NCBI GenBank assembly: GCA_965644295.1
Contig: CBFFRP010000096.1
Location: 62,001-126,000 of the forward strand
DNA length: 64,000 bases
Direction: 5' to 3'
From: Paraphysomonas bandaiensis
Taxonomy: Eukaryota; Protista; Chrysophyceae
The notes under the pieces were generated by a model. That model saw only the letters and a list, made by a program, of their open reading frames with translations, made no database searches and was not told the DNA's origin. Shown in pieces: positions 51,630 to 64,000 of this stretch. The first letter of the stretch is position 1; each line of letters opens with the position of its first letter. Position numbers and translations under genes: made by a program.

Positions 51630-53144
51630 ATGATGCATCGTATTGTCAACGGTCGTCACTCTGGAGGGTCTCTGCGGTATGCGCATAGACACTTAACGTC
51701 CTTACAAGAGCAGAACTCACAGGGCTTTGAGTTTACTATACTTAATGAAGGGAAGGCTGATAAGCAGCGATTGGGTGAATTAAAGACACCTCACGGCAGT
51801 ATTATGACTCCAGCATTTGTGTTTTGTGCGACTAAAGCTGCCATGAAAGGAATAACGCCTCAAACTCTTGTCGATGAAGATACACAGATAATATTATCCA
51901 ACACATACCATCTCATGCTGAATCCTGGAGCTGACTTAATTGATAGATTAGGAGGTTTGCATAAATTTACTGGATGGAACGGGCCAATGCTAACAGATTC
52001 TGGGGGCTATCAGATATTTAGTATGGGTCACGGGTCGGTAAGTGAAGAGATCAAGGGGAAGGGGGGTGGACGTCCTGTTGGATGGAACAAGACACTGCTG
52101 CGCATTGACGAGACGGGCGCGTCCTTCAAATCGTATGTGGACGGATCGATACACTACTTGACTCCTGAGCTATCTATTCAGATTCAAAGAAAGCTGGGAG
52201 CTGACCTGGTAGTGGTTCTGGACGAATGTACACCGTTTAACGTCGATAGGGAGTACACAGAACAGTCGATGCACCGATCGCATAGATGGGCGGACCGTTC
52301 CCTAGCGGAGTTCAATAGGAGTTCGCGGGATGATAGAAAGCAGGCTCTATATGGCATAGTCCAGGGGGGGGTGCACCGAGACCTGAGGGAAGAGAGCGCT
52401 GACTTTGTTAACTCTCGACCATTCTTTGGATCAGCGATAGGAGGTAGTTTGGGGGCAGACAGGGGCACCATGGGAAGGGTAGTTGCTTACACCAGGTCAT
52501 TACTTCGAGAGGATCGACCTGTGCATCTGCTTGGTATAGGGGGGGTGGGAGACATATTTCATGGTGTTAGACAGGGCATCGATACCTTTGATTGCGTGCA
52601 CCCGACCAGGTTGGGTAGACATGGGGGAGCGTTAGTTAAAGCTGAGTACTGGGAGAGAGAAGATGAGCACTTTGTTAGTAGTGACATTAGTAATGAAGGG
52701 TTAGTGGAGGAAACAGACATGACAGGAGTGGAGAAAGGCAGTCAGGAGGAGAGAGAACTTAGGAAAAGAAACAGTGTCGCGAAGGCGAAAAGAAGACAAA
52801 GAGAGCAGCAGGCAAAGGCCCTGGCTCATCGCAGTCCCCGACAACATATCAACTTGACGAAAGGTCCCTTTCGTGGCGATCCCAGACCAATCGATTCGTC
52901 TTGTCAATGCTACACATGTAGGAATTTCTCCAGGGGATACATTCATCACCTCTTTAAGAGTAATGAAATGCTTGGGCCTATGTTGGTTACTTCGCACAAC
53001 GTTCACTTCATGAATAAACTGATGTCTGACATCAGAACTGGAATTGCAAATGATACATTAGATGAGGTCGAGGCGCAATATGTTCCCGAGAATCTTCGTC
53101 ATAAGAAAATAGATGCAGCAGAATTGCCAAACCTTGTGTTATAG
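51630..53144 (+). CDS. tgt: Queuine tRNA-ribosyltransferase (tRNA-guanine transglycosylase), bacterial-like, intronless
   Basis: SNTYHL, TDSGGYQIFS, LDECTP, GIVQGG, AIGGSLG, HLLGIG, DTFDCVHPTR, Zn site CQCYTC...HN. Confidence 0.95.
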   Translation: MMHRIVNGRHSGGSLRYAHRHLTSLQEQNSQGFEFTILNEGKADKQRLGELKTPHGSIMTPAFVFCATKAAMKGITPQTLVDEDTQIILSNTYHLMLNPGADLIDRLGGLHKFTGWNGPMLTDSGGYQIFSMGHGSVSEEIKGKGGGRPVGWNKTLLRIDETGASFKSYVDGSIHYLTPELSIQIQRKLGADLVVVLDECTPFNVDREYTEQSMHRSHRWADRSLAEFNRSSRDDRKQALYGIVQGGVHRDLREESADFVNSRPFFGSAIGGSLGADRGTMGRVVAYTRSLLREDRPVHLLGIGGVGDIFHGVRQGIDTFDCVHPTRLGRHGGALVKAEYWEREDEHFVSSDISNEGLVEETDMTGVEKGSQEERELRKRNSVAKAKRRQREQQAKALAHRSPRQHINLTKGPFRGDPRPIDSSCQCYTCRNFSRGYIHHLFKSNEMLGPMLVTSHNVHFMNKLMSDIRTGIANDTLDEVEAQYVPENLRHKKIDAAELPNLVL

Positions 53145-53803
53145 TAGATGCACGTCGTTATCGAATTATACACTAATATACGGATATTGTTTTTACAACA
53201 AGGTCAACTGTGGATCGATATTAGGAAAGTGGATGTGTAACTGAATCGACAGAGCCTGCATGTCAATAGCGTAATAAACGTAACACTAAGTTGATGCCTT
53301 CCTTATGCTATGTATTATGTATTCCTCTGTATATTCTGTGATACATATCCCCTTATAATCATTCTTGATTCTTGCACTATGGTTTCATATAATAGTAATA
53401 TACACCAGACGTTACAGCATCTTCAAATTAGGGGGCTATACGGGCAAACATAGGTGTGGAACCTCTTACATATTAACCTCTTCTTTGTAAATATTAAATA
53501 CTGCAGTTGTAGAAATAGAAAACTATAGCCTAAAGCAGTAGAAAATTGAGGACTGCGTAACCCTGTGGCTATATCTTGTAAGTTGTAAGATAATGGCTAG
53601 TGATATAAATTTAAGTATTTCAGCGTTTACTATCTCTTACATTGTTACTCTACGGCATCGTAAGGAGATACGGACGGCGTATTACACTGTGCACAGCATA
53701 ACGATAAAAAAATACACAAATTACTATACAACACATGAGTAAAAGTTATTATTATAAATACAGAAATTTCAAAACCTAAATTACGAAACAAACATGTAAT
53801 TGT

Positions 53804-54433
53804 CTATCGCTTCGATCTTTTAGAGCCAGGTGCTGCGCTTCCCTTGCGACCATAGGATTCCTGTCCGTCTTTTCCACTTCTATTGTGCTTGTTGTTGCGT
53901 TTGTTTACAGTTCTCATGTGTATTATCTTATTTGCTTTCTTCATTGCACGATCTAAGGGTGTTATAACTTTGGAACGCTTATGGTTTGTAGATTGAGTAG
54001 TACATGATTCTTCGTCCATCTGTTCAGCAATATTGGAATCGATAACAACAGACACCTCACCACCAAACATTTCTGTCGTCCTTTCATCCGTAAAAGTTAC
54101 ATCTACTGCATCACCCTCTGTTTCTGTTTTATTCTCTACTTCAGAAACTGTGTCGTCTTCAGTAGCCTTCACTATATTCTTCATTCTTTTCTCCCGTGCC
54201 TGCTTTTTATCCTTAAGAACCTGCATTGCAACTCCGAATTGCCTGCGCTCTTTCTTTCTCTGACGAAATCCTGTTAAGTAACTAGCTCTAGCTTCTTCAT
54301 CAAATACAACTTCTTTCTTTTTCCCAACATGAGCATTATATTTTGCCTTCGCTGTTTTCTTTGCAAGCCGTCTCTCTCTTTTTTCTCGACTCTTCTTATT
54401 ATCTCGACCTCCTAATCCATGATCGATACCCAT
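53804..54433 (-). CDS. NOL12: Nucleolar protein 12 / Rrp17 (Nop25) family ribosome biogenesis factor
   Basis: EVVFDEEARASYLTGFRQRKKERR signature; highly basic protein. Confidence 0.88.
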   Translation of the reverse strand: MGIDHGLGGRDNKKSREKRERRLAKKTAKAKYNAHVGKKKEVVFDEEARASYLTGFRQRKKERRQFGVAMQVLKDKKQAREKRMKNIVKATEDDTVSEVENKTETEGDAVDVTFTDERTTEMFGGEVSVVIDSNIAEQMDEESCTTQSTNHKRSKVITPLDRAMKKANKIIHMRTVNKRNNKHNRSGKDGQESYGRKGSAAPGSKRSKR

Positions 54434-54884
54434 ATTCAGTTAATACTATTAATTAAATCACTCTTCTTATACACTAATTAGTTATAACACTGATTGGGAG
54501 CTCTGAATAACTAGCTAGACTGCTCATGCATGTGTGTGGTGGTTCCACATATATATGGATGAGAAGGGGACTGCTATTTATATGGACATAAAACCCTGTC
54601 ATCAGCTGCCCATACGAAAAATCAGTTCCATATGGATAGTAAAATTGTGGTATTTTATATTTTCTGATTAGAATATTGGGGTTTATTAGAGAAATTTAGT
54701 ATTCTTGTACGAAAAGGGTAGGAATTCCAAGGCCCGTTGATATATTTAAAATCTTGAGCATCAGATTCTGGACTCATATGTGTATATGAAGTGAAGTGAA
54801 GTGAAGTGAATGGCAGTATGTGAAGTGCTAGTGTTGAATATGCATATAGAGATGCTGTAGAGGTCTACTGGTCGTGTAGAGGCT

Positions 54885-57800
54885 ATGGAGGTATGTCAGT
54901 ATATATATATATATCTGCATCAGACATAACAAGGACATACAGCCAAACCCAGTTGACGTTTCGATTGATCTGTCATTCTTGATCCCTTCGAGTCCATGTG
55001 CTGCTCATCAAGAGAGCTCCTTGTCAACAGAGAGGAGCGAGAGAGACAAAGAGAATGTATCTGATACTGTTACTGCCAATAGTCAAACAGTGTCGGTTAA
55101 TGAGAGTCCTGTGGGCGATTGCTGTCCCTCTGTTCCTCATCAGATGAGCCCGACAGGAGATGTGTTGATACAACAGATGCCTAGTAGTAATGTGGTGTCA
55201 GAGACTCAGATATGCAAACCGAATCATAACAATCTGTGTGGGCTCGATCAATTGAGTGACAGCAACTCCAGTCACCCTGCCCCACCAAGCTCTGGTACGA
55301 CTCAACAGGACAGTAATCGAGTGATAACCCGGAGCCTTGGAACCTGGACTTTTAATAAAAGAAAAAGAAAGCGGTGCGATATGAATCGTGCTGTGTATGG
55401 ATTTAACTATGGTTTGATGTATGCAGGGTATATATTTCTCTCACGGGAAAGAAGCTCTGCGGCCCTGCTGCTATGCGACAGTGTCGTGAGGATAGAAAAA
55501 GCAGTGGTCACCCAGCTCAGGCAGCGAGGGCACACCTTGCGGAGGTTGGTGCATATATATATTTCCTTAATTCGCGGTTTTAGTTTTTATACCTGATATT
55601 TCTCAGCACGTTCGATTATCATGTCCCAATGCAGCATCACTCAGGTGGGGTGTAATACTTTGCTTCTGAATGTCTGTTGATAGTCAATGTTCAGTCTTGT
55701 TGAGTGGGGACTTCCCCCTGTCACAGTATCGCGGTATGCTGCAGCTGGAGTTTATTCACTCTTTCCGTGGCAAGCGCAGTGTCTTTTCTGTGAGGACGCA
55801 GAGGGTGGAAAACAGCCATTATCAGGAGGGAATCTAATATATACAGCACCTACCAGGTATTACGCTTTCTCAGACATGTGTATTGCCTATTTACTGATGC
55901 TGTTTTTTTCTACTGTTTCATATTCAGTGGGGGAAAGACCCTTGTCTCTGAGCTTCTAATGTTGCGGCGGCTAGGCGCGGCCATGGAAAATGCAGGAGCA
56001 GCAAACGGCACTATACTCTTTGTGGTACCATTTATTTCACTGGCAGAGGTGTGTAAACTTTTTTATTTTTGTATTCTCACTACTGTCTACATATATATCT
56101 TCACCGATATATATTGAATAGTATTGATTAAGTAGCATATATACTACCAAATGCAACTGTACACCAGTACTCCTCAGTTTTCAAACTGCAGTGTGACCGT
56201 GACACCTCAGGAAAAGGCAGCATACTTTCAAGAAATGTGGGCAGACCTCTTTATTGGTGTCAGAACCTTTCACGGCGAAGATGATGGTGACGTGCTATGC
56301 ATTGTATGTCAGTGTCACTAATGTGCCTTTCTCTCCTCTGTTTGATGCAGGGGCAACACTGACAGATGATGTGGATGTGGCTGTGTGCACCATTGAGAGA
56401 GCAAATGTGCTGTTGAATCAGTTATTAGATGATGGGGAGCAGAACAGGTTGCTAATGGTGGTTGTGGATGAGTTACATTTAGTCAGCGACTCCCGCCGTG
56501 GATTTATTCTTGAAGTCTTGTTGTCAAAGGTATTATACGTACCTGATACTGTGCGTAGGTTGACTAACCTGTGTGTGTAGATAAGATACACTGTTGGACC
56601 AGATGTTCAATTGGTGGCCATGTCTGCGACGCTACCCAGTGTTGAAGATTTAGCTGTGTGGCTTGGAGCATCGCTCTTCTCTACGTTATTCAGACCGGTG
56701 AATTTACAAACTAGGGTATGTTGTGGACGGCAGGTCTATCGCGTAAGCGATGATGGAGACCAAGAGAGCAAACTAGTGTTAGACCGCACCGTGGATCCAG
56801 CGACGGAGACTGATGAGGATGGGTTTCTTTCACTTTGTGACGAGACATTGAGGCTAGGAAAGAGTTTGATGGTGTTCTGTTCTTCGAAAAAGAGGTATAA
56901 ATTCGACTGTTCATGTATTATATGATCTAATACGTTCGACAGGTGCGAGATGTGTGTGGAAAGAATCTGTGAGCTTCTGGAGCGGAGAGTGGAGGAGAAA
57001 GAGCGGACGCTACGAATTGTGATAAATGAGAAGCGTGTGAATATGTTGGATGAATTGCGACAGACTCCGGTGGGCTTGTGTTCTGTACTTCGTCGTTCTG
57101 TGCTACAAGGAGTAGCCTATCATCATGCTGGACTCACTCTAGATGAAAGGAAGGTGAGAAATGCAGTCGTCAAATGTACCGTCATAAACATGCGACAGAT
57201 ATTAGAGCAGGGCTATCGCAATGGAGTTATATCAGTTCTCTGCACGACCAGTACTCTGTCCGCTGGGGTATGGGTGCACATAGAGTAGTTTAAATTAGAC
57301 TAACTCGTTGACTTTCATAGGTTAATCTTCCTGCCCACCGTGTCATTGTACGATCTCCGATTATGGGAAATGTAAACCTTTCAGTCGCCGCATTCCGGCA
57401 GATGTGTGGGAGAGCAGGACGTATGAACCTTGACACCGAGGTATAGTGCACACATGTCGCTAACTATGTAGCTCAAAGGTATTGGACCGCTCAGGGTGAG
57501 GCTATTTTGATGGTGTCAAACACTCGTCAGCAGAGAGACCTCGCTGTCCATTTAGTCTCAGCTCCTTTGGATGCTTTGAAGTCGTCACTAAATAACGCCT
57601 CGGGTGGTGGAATCGAAAAACTCTTACTGGAAATGGTGTATTGTCGAAAGATACAATCTCCAGCGGAGGTACATCATATGGCTGTGATATTTTCTCTATT
57701 CCGATGTTTGTGACATAGGTTGATACATTTATGAAGTGCACTCTGCTGTCGGTGCAACGCTCATCGAGTGAGGTATGTTTTTTGTTTGGTATTGCATCAT

Positions 57801-59138
57801 CTATAATAGTGTGGTGTAGATAAATGTTTGGGTGAAGAATGCCATGGAGTTTCTCCTTTCACAACAGTTTGTGGTGCTCAGCAACGATACCTCCTCTGAA
57901 ACCCGCAGTTGTACTGAGTACCTAAGGGCAACCCCCCTTGGCAAGGCAACAGCTCTTTCCGGTATTGCACCTAGAGATGCAGTTGTGGTACTTGCTTCCC
58001 TCACACAAGCCAGACGCTCGCTGATTTTACAATCTGGTTTTCACGCTGTGTTTCTCGTGACTCCACCATCGCCATCTGTTGAGCCGTGCTGGAGTGAATA
58101 TGAACGAATGTTGGATGGGTTTCTCACAGAGTATCCAGTATGGTCTCTCCGTGTTATACCTTATGCCAGTTAATATTAGTGCAGGATGTGCAGCTTGTTT
58201 GTGATCTATTAAAAGTACGCAGAGGAGACTTATGTGCTTTTAAAAGAAATCCTCCGAAATATGGTTGCACTAAGCCACAGGTCATATTTCGGTAGCACGT
58301 TGTACTTAACGTTAATGTGTTCAGTAGACCTGCTTCTACAGAAGGTTGTATTCTGCGATCCTACTTTTTAGTCTGATACAAGAAATGCCATTGAATAAGG
58401 TGGATTATTTTTTCTATGCATTTTATAATTTTAACTTCTTTCTTACAGGTATGTCTCTCTGTCAATGTACAGAGGGGACAGCTTCAGCAGCTCCAAAAAG
58501 ATGCCGCTGCCTTCTGCGGCATGGTGAGCGATGGATGTCTTTCTATACGATGTCTCACCTACTATTTAGGTATCTAATTTCTGTAGGAACTTGAATTGGA
58601 ACAGTTTGTCGTGTGTTCTTGAAACCTATAGCGGACGACTCTCTTTCGGTGTGCGGCCCGAGCTCCTTCCTTTGACGAGATTGGGGACAGAGGTGCCTGT
58701 ATGAGTGGCCCACTTCAATTATTTTGACTTTTTACATAAGATGCCCGGGTTCAGAGCGAGAGCTTTTTATCGGAGTGGTATTCAGTCACCAGAAGACCTG
58801 CTACGCACTGATCCAAGTGTTTTGTGTAGCATATTGGTAAATGATTTGGCTACGCTCTGATTTGTTTTATATAAAGTGTAGATGGATTGCTTGCCCTATG
58901 AAGACAAAGATCCAATCTTGGCGTCAACTGGTAATCAGCGTATGGGTGATGGGAACATGTCGACACGTAAGTCAGGGAAGGAAGAGAACTGTTTGAGATT
59001 AGTCGCAAGAATTTTGCATAGGTTGGTTTCTTCATATATCTGTGGCTAGTGTGATATTGTTTTTCCAGTGCGCGGAAAGCTGTACGAGATGAGGTATCAG
59101 CTTTAAATAGAGAAAGTGTACATAGTAGTAGTATGTAA
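54885..59138 (+). CDS. HELQ/POLQ-helicase-like Ski2-family DNA helicase without polymerase domain (~20 short introns; start approximate)
   Basis: LFPWQAQCL, YTAPT|SGGKTLVSE, CTIERAN, VVVDELH, MSATL, FRPV, YHHAGL, TSTLSAG|VNLPA, QMCGRAGR, ATPLGKA, RLSFGVRPELL; stop at 59138. Confidence 0.9.
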
Positions 59139-59851
59139 GACTAATGCTGAGTTATACGAAATACAAGACACGTTAGGAGCATCGAAACAATGAATTTAAA
59201 CTAAATGTAAACATTAAGACTGTATAAATAATTCGATTAATATGAGATGTGTTTTTATCGCCCTTTCATATTTGGGTTACAAGAGCACTATATACAAATC
59301 ATAACTACATAACTACAGATTCGTCAACCTAGAGCAGGGCCAGGTAACAGTTAAAGGTAATAGCATTAACGGCTATTAATGGTAATGTTATTATAATTGC
59401 CAGGAACTGGGCACCCATTAATGGCATTTACTATAGTACTGGGTACTTGATATATTGATTATTGATATATGCGATACATAGCATTAAGTGTTTCTAAAAT
59501 ATAGTATACGAAATCGTGATGTAAAATTGTGAAATATATTGATGTATTAAAATGTATTGTATTGCTCATTGAGGTTCACTCTGTTTGGCATATAAAATTG
59601 AGAATCAATGTTAGGAAACAGAAATATTGCTGCAAAATTATATCAAAAAACAGTTGTTACGTTTTACTACGTATGAAGCAATCATTTCAACACTTCCTGA
59701 GTGTATCGTTCCGCACGCTCGAAATATGCACTTTACGTATTGATGACTGTACTGAATTAATATATTTTCTGTTCACGATGCATACCTATCACTATTACAA
59801 CATAAACTGATTCGAAAATAAACCAGAAAACACAATCATCACATGTCCCAT

Positions 59852-60737
59852 TTATATGACCTTGGTCGATTTGAAGAAAAATTTCAAATGACGCGCCTGA
59901 AACACTCCAGCAAGGAGCAAAATTCCAATCTAGAATTCATATTACACAACGTATAAGATGAGCACGTAGTGGTAACAATCAAGAAATCGAATCACCTGGA
60001 CCATTGGAAACCAAAGAGCGGCGCTGTTCATGGCCTCGGTCTCCTCATGAAACTCCACCTCCTTATGCTGTATTTCCCACCCATATATTACTACAGCTTT
60101 TCTTATTATGTTATAAATCCCCTTACCTTCATGTAATCCGCTTCATTCAATATCCTGAAAATATAGACATGATACGCATCAGCATTGCAACCACACACTT
60201 ACAAACTCATTTCATCATTAATCTTCCGCATTTCTAAGTTTATTGGTTCAACGTTTTGATCCTTAGCTAGTTGTTCATAGTGTTCAGCATCATGACCATA
60301 CTCTATAGTCAGTTGGAAGCGCTACATGACGAATTAGGTGTGCGATGTAGACAGGGCAGAACATATCACATACCGTTACACGATCCTTAGCTGGCTTCTG
60401 TGAGAAACAAAGAGTATGAAACCCATCTCCTGCTGTTTCATAGTCGATGTGACCACTCTCTTTTAATATCTTTTGTTTTATACGAGCCTCTGCATTCACA
60501 ACAGCACCAGAGAACAACTCAAACTCCACTTCATCGCCTTTATCGAGCACTTCATATGAGAATGTCATAGGAGTGGAATCAGGCTGCTCGATGTAGAAGC
60601 ACTTCTTCTTCTCCTGTATATGAATGTATAAGTGTCAGCAGGAGAGTGTGTGATGTACATACAGAGTTGACGAGGAAGTAGAGGGACTGACAGACCGGCA
60701 ACAGACATGATACAAGCAGAATAATACTGCACTTCAT
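59852..60737 (-). CDS. p24/emp24/gp25L (TMED) cargo receptor; start unresolved
   Basis: Signal-like AVLFLLVSCLLPVCQS, GOLD domain LYFLVNS|EKKKCFYIEQP...GFHTLCF, coiled coil, TM and tail RHLKFFFKSTKVI*. Confidence 0.88.
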
Positions 60738-60851
60738 TCTTCTCACTACTGTATGACAGTATGGTGAGATTATATCAAATCACTGAACAACACCCGAACT
60801 CAGATATACACTGCAAGAAACATCCCACAAACTAAACACACACGCATACCG

Positions 60852-61265
60852 CATACATACATACATACATACATACATACATACATACATACATACATAC
60901 ATACATACATACATACATACATACATACATACATACATACATACATACATACATACATACATACATACATACATACATACATACATACATACATACATAC
61001 ATACATACATACATACATACATACATACATACATACATACATACATACATACATACATACATACATACATACATACATACATACATGCATACATACATAC
61101 ATACATACATACATACATACATACATACATACATACATACATACATACATACATACATACATACATACATACATACATACATACATACATACATACATAC
61201 ATACATACATACATACATACATACATACATACATACATACATACATACATACATACATACATACA
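60852..61265 (+). repeat. (CATA)n microsatellite, ~410 bp, one interruption at ~61087
   Basis: Directly visible. Confidence 0.99.
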
Positions 61266-61600
61266 GCAGAATACCGTAGTTGTGATTCAGTTGTGATTTC
61301 AGATGTAGTGTATCTGGGTTTTCGCTGCTGGTTTAAAAATACTGGAGTTTTGAATAAAATCAACCTATTCTACATATACAATCATAAAAAATTCAATTTC
61401 TATATAAAAACCTTCTAATTATTTAAAAAAGTTTTGTACGGTTAAGTTCATATATAACAAGCTTCAAAAATATTTCTATAGAGAACATACCTCTGTGTGT
61501 GTTCTCTATGAATATCCCTGTATAGACCATAGCACACTATACAGTCATGATAGTCGAATAAATCAGATTGATTCATTCTTTCTATAGTATCAGACGATTG

Positions 61601-64000
61601 ATGCCTCCTGCACGGAAGAAGTTTCGAGGTAATTCATTCTGTCATATGATTTATAGAGTCGTATACTGATCTGCTCGTATACCAGCCGCTGCTATTCGAT
61701 CTGGATACTCATCAGCATCTAAACGAGGTAAAACAATTCATTTTATTACTGTATTTGTCTTATACGGCTGTGTAGATGCGGCATGTTTGATACCAACCCG
61801 CTCTGAGTCTCCACAATCGAATGCACTGTTTCAAAATTATGGGAATATAACTCCTCGAAAGAAAGTCAGAAGACGATCAATACGCAATAAAGTTCACTGT
61901 CAATCTGCTTTACTTACACTTCCTGATGCTTTGTTGGTCTATATATTTTCTTTCTTCGTCTGTCCCAATGGTTTGGATATGGATAATTTCCATAACATTC
62001 AAGCCGTGAACTCTAAATGTCGAGCTCTCATAAATTCTCCAGTCATATGGCGTTTTATTCCAATTATTCAGCCTGGAGGAGCACTAAACATAAATGCATT
62101 TTTTCTTGTGAAAATGAAAAACAAAGGCACTGAGGGTACCTGCTACCATACCAGGAGGAGAAGTGACCAGGCAGAAGTAGCTCTGAAGCGGGCGAGGGTT
62201 TATCCTGATGTGAGTAACATACTTAATTCTATTTGTCATTCATATTAGCAACGTGTTGTGAGCAGAACGAAGGTGTTCCGTACTACATGATGAGGGAAAT
62301 ATCCGCTCTGAAGAAGCTATCACATCCCAACATCTGCTCACTAGACCTTGTGAATCTGAGTGACTTTAAACTCTACTTGGGTTTCCGTTATGTAGAGCTT
62401 ACTCTCCATGATTTGTTATATCCCCCGTCTACATCCGTAGCTCCCGTAAAGGCAAGCAAGGCTCAGACTCGTGAACTTATGAAGCAACTTGGCGGAGCAG
62501 TGGCCTACTGTCATCGGCGAGGAGTTCTGCATAGAAATCTCAAGCCGAAGCACCTCCTGCTCATTCCGGGTCCAGTCGCAAATGATCCTCTAGGTATGTT
62601 TTTTTAAATCCACAAATTATTGATCACTCTCCATGATGGTACAGAGGGTGCACGCATTCTTCTTTCTGACTTTGCTCTTGTGCGAATGATGAGCAACCCT
62701 CCTAAGCGCCTGACATCGGAGGTAATAACTCTCTGGTACCGTCCCCCTGAAATCCTCATGGGACAGAATAACTACACCGCTGCTGTTGACGTATGGTCGA
62801 TGGGGTGTATCTTCGCTGAGCTGTTACAAGGCAAGGCATTGTTCGAGGGACTCTGTGAAGTGGATCAAATATTTCAGATATTTCGAACGCTGGGAACCCC
62901 AACCACAGATGTATGGGATGAGTTTAAAAGTATGCCCTACTATCAGGACCCTCTTTTTCCGGACTGGCAAAAGGTGGGTATTAGTGCCAACACGGTGCTG
63001 TGAGATGATGCTTATTCGTGTTTTATGTAGTCGCGTTTGTGGAATATGGTAAGGAATGCCACTGCTGTGGAGTTCGATTTGCTTTCTCAGTGCCTTGTGT
63101 ACGACCCAAGAAAGCGACTCTCCGCTGCAGAGTTTCTCGGTCACGTCTACTTCATCGACTCTGATACGTCAGGTAGAAGCTTCTATCGTTACTTCACCAT
63201 GTTTTTAATTTATAAATTGTTAATTGCAGATTCAACTCCTGCGAACGATATTATATTGGAATCACCAGGAATTGAATTGTGTGCCGATGGTATGGAAATA
63301 ATTTTTTTCCTTCTGTATACTAACATGTATCAACTGTATCACTACAGCCCTCGTCAATGTACACAAAACCACCCTCCCACACTACGCTTTTTTGCGATCA
63401 CTAGAGCCCGGTGCAGTTGCCTCTTGCACTAACCACGATGGAAATAGGCCCGGAGCGAATGCAATGGGCACAAGTATTACTGATAAAAGAGGGGATCTCG
63501 TGTACTCTGAGGAAGATCTGTAAGTACTTAACATTATCGTGTACTCGTAATTATTGCTTTTCTGCCAGCGAGGTACGGTCTAGGGCCGTAGAATGGGTCT
63601 TCCACGTTTCTGGAAGGCGACACGACTCTTCACTCTCTGTGCGCACTACGTACTTCGCGATAGCTCTTCTTGACGCGTTCTTCTGCTCAACAGCGGGTGA
63701 TGCGAACAAAAAGGTTTGGACTGCAGTATCTACGTCTAGTATTGTGGGTGCGTGCTGCATGCATATCGCATCCAAGTGCGAGGATGTGTCGTACGCTGGC
63801 ATCAGAGATATATCGCGTTCCTTAGATTTTGCGTAAGTTGTTGTTGCTCTTGTACCCTTCCATATCCTCTTACAGTTGTTTATGCTAGCTACGAGCCAGA
63901 AGAGTTCTTGTTGACCGAAGAAGTTATATTGAATACACTCCAGTTTGATTTTTATATTCCTACTGGTAAGTGCTGGGCTACTATATGATGAATATGCTCA
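61601..64000 (+). CDS. F-box + CDK-like (pseudo)kinase + cyclin-box fusion protein (continues beyond window)
   Basis: F-box LLTLPDALLVYIFSF...VNSKCRALINSPVIWR; CDK VALK, EGVPYYMMRE, HRNLKPKH, DFA, TSEVITLWYRPPEILMG; frame-consistent splicing into cyclin YAFLRSLE...VRSRAVEWV...RTTYFAIALLDAF...GACCMHIASKCED...EEVILNTLQFD. Confidence 0.88.

Noticed and set aside
1-64000. CRISPR arrays, tRNA/rRNA genes, prokaryotic operons
   Set aside because: None seen; the sequence is intron-containing eukaryotic DNA with no repeat-spacer pattern

Overview
Gene-dense eukaryotic nuclear DNA with many very short (~45-60 nt) GT-AG introns. Gene content and style suggest a stramenopile-like protist (inference). 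About 16 protein-coding genes are present: pyruvate carboxylase, NADPH-FMN reductase, a ~2,700-aa PDZ+TPR protein, a CudA-like DNA-binding protein, a secreted 2OG-Fe(II) oxygenase, HID1, a small mitochondrial membrane protein, a LicD protein, eIF3b, a coiled-coil protein, TGT, NOL12/Rrp17, a HELQ-like helicase and p24/TMED, plus two unusual fusions. The window also holds a truncated Ty1/Copia element, LINE fragments and long (TATG)n tracts. Three highlights: (1) a degenerate FolD domain fused to five near-identical 1,209-bp phosphagen-kinase repeats; (2) an F-box + catalytically degenerate CDK + cyclin triple fusion; (3) a ~50-nt branched RNA-like motif with compensatory base changes at four dispersed sites. 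That motif is shared by two diverged LINE 3' ends and a SINE-like repeat, and one LINE fragment is flanked by a ~535-bp direct duplication. Exon boundaries were read by eye and no database searches were run.
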